The notes beneath the pieces are model-generated. The model was not told the DNA's origin, ran no database searches, and saw only the letters and a program-made list of their open reading frames with translations. Below, one piece after another: positions 27,511 through 29,686 of a DNA stretch of 29,686 bases. This stretch comes from a virus (taxonomy: Duplodnaviria; Caudoviricetes). Both the position numbers and the translations under genes were made by a program. Where the stretch lies: the IMG/VR virus record IMGVR_UViG_3300042444_000673, positions 1 to 29,686 of that record; one strand, given 5' to 3'. The first letter of the stretch is position 1, and each line of letters begins with the position of its first letter.

Positions 27511-27517
27511 ATAAATA
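27511..27517 (-). promoter_or_regulatory. TATTTAT putative phage promoter element
   Basis: Immediately after the stop of the 151-aa gene, 20 nt upstream of the helicase ATG (27490). Confidence 0.4.
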
Positions 27518-27973
27518 TTACACTCTGGTATTAAGTCCAAGATAATCAAAAGAAAGGTCTTTTGCTGAAAATATTGAAGTTAATTCTTGAAGAATTCCTT
27601 TAATTGTTTGTCTGATATCAACTGTGTATCTGACCTTTGGGGGGTAGATTTTCGCGTCAAATCTTCTGTGACAAAGTAACTTATCACCTTGTCTTAAATA
27701 TATGTTAAAGTACTCAGGGCCATCAACATAGGAAGTGTTCAAAATATTCGGATTGTTGGTTATATCGAATTGATTTTCCAAAAGATAACTTACAGCTTTC
27801 ATCTTCAACTGATGATTCAATTTATCAATCAAGTCATTCATATATTCGTGAAAGTCGATTGAATTTCTGGCATCAACATTGAAATCCCTTACGTTGAAAA
27901 ATCTTTGGACGATAATATTATCATTTACCATCATCAAAAATTCAAGTTTTGTTACATCATTAATTTCTCTCAT
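27518..27973 (-). CDS. Hypothetical protein (151 aa) in the replication cluster
   Basis: ORF fills the gap between exonuclease and helicase on the same strand, with an A-rich leader. Confidence 0.7.
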   Translation of the reverse strand: MREINDVTKLEFLMMVNDNIIVQRFFNVRDFNVDARNSIDFHEYMNDLIDKLNHQLKMKAVSYLLENQFDITNNPNILNTSYVDGPEYFNIYLRQGDKLLCHRRFDAKIYPPKVRYTVDIRQTIKGILQELTSIFSAKDLSFDYLGLNTRV

Positions 27974-27977
27974 TTTT

Positions 27978-28985
27978 TTAGTTTTTTGTGTTAAAATTTT
28001 TTTTCTCTTTTCGTGTTAGTTTCAAAAATGGTTTTACAAAATTTACCCAAGCATCATCACCCTTCGGAAGAAACTTAAAGAATCCATCTTCCATCAACAT
28101 TCTTATCAGATTTCGATGTCCCCTTCCATCAGGATCCAAGGTTTCTTTATAATAAAGTTCAACCATCTGTTTTCCTTCATCATCAATTAATGGGTCTGAC
28201 AAATCTACAATCTTTTTATTGATTTCAAAAAATTCATTACCATAAATTCCTGTTTTGGTTTTTCCTGTAAGAAGATTCTTGATTGCCGTGTTATCTTTAT
28301 CTTCCTTCAAAAGAGTTTCTGCTTTGGTAATAATATCGGTAATTGTTACGTATTGTTCAAGTAGTTCAGGAAATAATTTGAACAATGTTTTATCCCCCAA
28401 ATAATATATTCCATCAATATTATCTGACTTATCACCACATAATACCTTATAAGTTAATATATTATTATGTGGAATCTCGTGTTCTTTTAGTTTTATTTTA
28501 TCCCCATTTTTATACATCTGTTTTGCCGATGGGGAATAAATTGAAACATTTTCGGAAATAAGTTGGGTCAAATCTTTGTCTGATGAAAATATTGTAATCT
28601 TTTCATTTTCAGCAATATGACAATAATAAGCAATTAAATCATCTGCTTCATTGTTTTCAACATTAACTTGTCTAACAAACATTTCCTCCAAGTATTGTTT
28701 AACCCTCTCTTTTTGAAAAGAGAAAGATTGAACTTTGAATTCATTTTGTTCTTGGATTCTATTCTCTTTGTATTGGGGATATATAACTTTTCGTTTACTC
28801 GAATTTCCTTCCCCATCCCAAAACACAACGATTTTATCGAAGTTGTGTTCTTCGATAAATCGTCTTAAAGTGTTCAGGAAATGCCAAATACCCCCAATAT
28901 GATTACCATTGTGATAGTAATCTTTAACCCCATGAAAACCAATCTTCATTAGGTTATTACCATCTACCAATAATGTTTTAGTCAT
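27978..28985 (-). CDS. 5'-3' exonuclease / flap endonuclease (PolA N-terminal, T4 RNase H / T5 D15-like)
   Basis: LLVDGNN, VFWDG, YPQYKENR, EADDLIA, SSDKDLTQL, GDKSDNIDGI. Confidence 0.92.
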   Translation of the reverse strand: MTKTLLVDGNNLMKIGFHGVKDYYHNGNHIGGIWHFLNTLRRFIEEHNFDKIVVFWDGEGNSSKRKVIYPQYKENRIQEQNEFKVQSFSFQKERVKQYLEEMFVRQVNVENNEADDLIAYYCHIAENEKITIFSSDKDLTQLISENVSIYSPSAKQMYKNGDKIKLKEHEIPHNNILTYKVLCGDKSDNIDGIYYLGDKTLFKLFPELLEQYVTITDIITKAETLLKEDKDNTAIKNLLTGKTKTGIYGNEFFEINKKIVDLSDPLIDDEGKQMVELYYKETLDPDGRGHRNLIRMLMEDGFFKFLPKGDDAWVNFVKPFLKLTRKEKKNFNTKN

Positions 28986-28989
28986 TATT

Positions 28990-29686
28990 TTAATTTAAGG
29001 GGTTAACTAAATTGTTTTCTAAATTCTTTTCTTCTTTTGTGATATACTCACCTAAAAATTCTGTAAAGATTGCTTCCATCACAGGTACACATATCGAATT
29101 GCCAGCCAAAGCAATATGATTATTAGTTGTTAAACTTGTTGATAATAACTTATCAATATCTTCCTCTTTAACTCCCATAAATCTATATCCTTCTCTACCA
29201 GTAATCGTTCTTATTCTACCATCTTCAGTCATTATCTGTGGTGAACCAGTTGTTGTTAAACAAGGAGAACAACCATCAATAGAATAGATACGTCTCGCTT
29301 GATCGTAAGAAACATCATTTCTTCTACCTATTAGTCTACACACACTATTCTTTTTAGGTTCGTTAGGTGTAACCTCACATTCAATAAATAAGTCCTCCAC
29401 GATGTCATTTTCGATGAATGGTTTCATTGGTACTCTTTCTTTTCTGTGTTTCTCAACACCATCCATAATCTTAGTAACTTCATCATTCGACATCCCATAA
29501 ACTGACATCATAAACACTCTTTCTCTATTTTGAGGACAACCATAGTCAGCACCATTTAATACTCTCCAAGCACATCCATATCTCAAAAGATTCAAATATA
29601 AAATGTGGTCTTTGAAGTTCTTAATATGATTTTCAGATACCAAGTTTTTAACATTCTCCATCAAAAGAAACTTTGGTTGATTCTTC
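28990..29686 (-). CDS. DNA (cytosine-5)-methyltransferase, 5'-truncated by the window edge
   Basis: The frame is open to the window end (KNQPKFLLMENVKNL). Motif VI ENV, motif VIII PQNRERVF, motif IX RTITGREGYRFMG, motif X AGNSICVPVMEAI. Confidence 0.9.
   Translation of the reverse strand, partial: KNQPKFLLMENVKNLVSENHIKNFKDHILYLNLLRYGCAWRVLNGADYGCPQNRERVFMMSVYGMSNDEVTKIMDGVEKHRKERVPMKPFIENDIVEDLFIECEVTPNEPKKNSVCRLIGRRNDVSYDQARRIYSIDGCSPCLTTTGSPQIMTEDGRIRTITGREGYRFMGVKEEDIDKLLSTSLTTNNHIALAGNSICVPVMEAIFTEFLGEYITKEEKNLENNLVNPLN

Noticed and set aside
198-28868. Short 60-106 aa ORFs in the track that overlap the long genes (e.g. 198..446-, 4058..4246+, 20283..20567-, 20996..21316+, 27146..27406+)
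   Set aside because: They are antisense or off-frame shadows of well-supported genes, with no motifs or independent expression signals.
1-29686. tRNA or structured ncRNA genes
   Set aside because: The largest intergenic gaps are only ~75-80 nt, AT-rich, and explained by terminator and promoter motifs; no cloverleaf was seen.

Overview
AT-rich segment of a large tailed-phage genome (contractile-tail/myovirus-like Caudoviricetes), probably infecting Bacteroidota/Flavobacteria (inferred from SprB and BspA modules, eukaryote-like class Ia RNR and leaders without Shine-Dalgarno sequences). The + strand carries the 3' part of a Cys/Thr-rich tail/baseplate protein and a RuvC-like resolvase, ending at a hairpin terminator at ~3554-3581. 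The - strand, read from the right end, carries a replication/nucleotide module: C5 DNA methyltransferase (truncated), 5'-3' exonuclease, an unknown gene, DnaB-like helicase, nrdB and nrdA. A terminator follows, then a ~19 kb baseplate/tail operon: gp25-like, gp6/J-like, a 1767-aa protein with a long hydrophobic segment, four unknowns, a P2 gpI/gp7-like wedge protein and an SprB-repeat/PKD/BspA adhesin. The most unusual signals are: (i) strong enrichment of a dispersed [S/T]-G-x-[T/S] motif in putative peripheral virion proteins but not in the enzymes, a candidate modification (glycosylation) sequon, alongside a mucin-like PT linker and many Cys; (ii) a host-type adhesin chimera; (iii) a multi-helix membrane segment inside a baseplate-linked protein; (iv) a TATTTAT motif in all long minus-strand leaders. 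All assignments come from motif recognition by eye and counts are manual; no searches were run.
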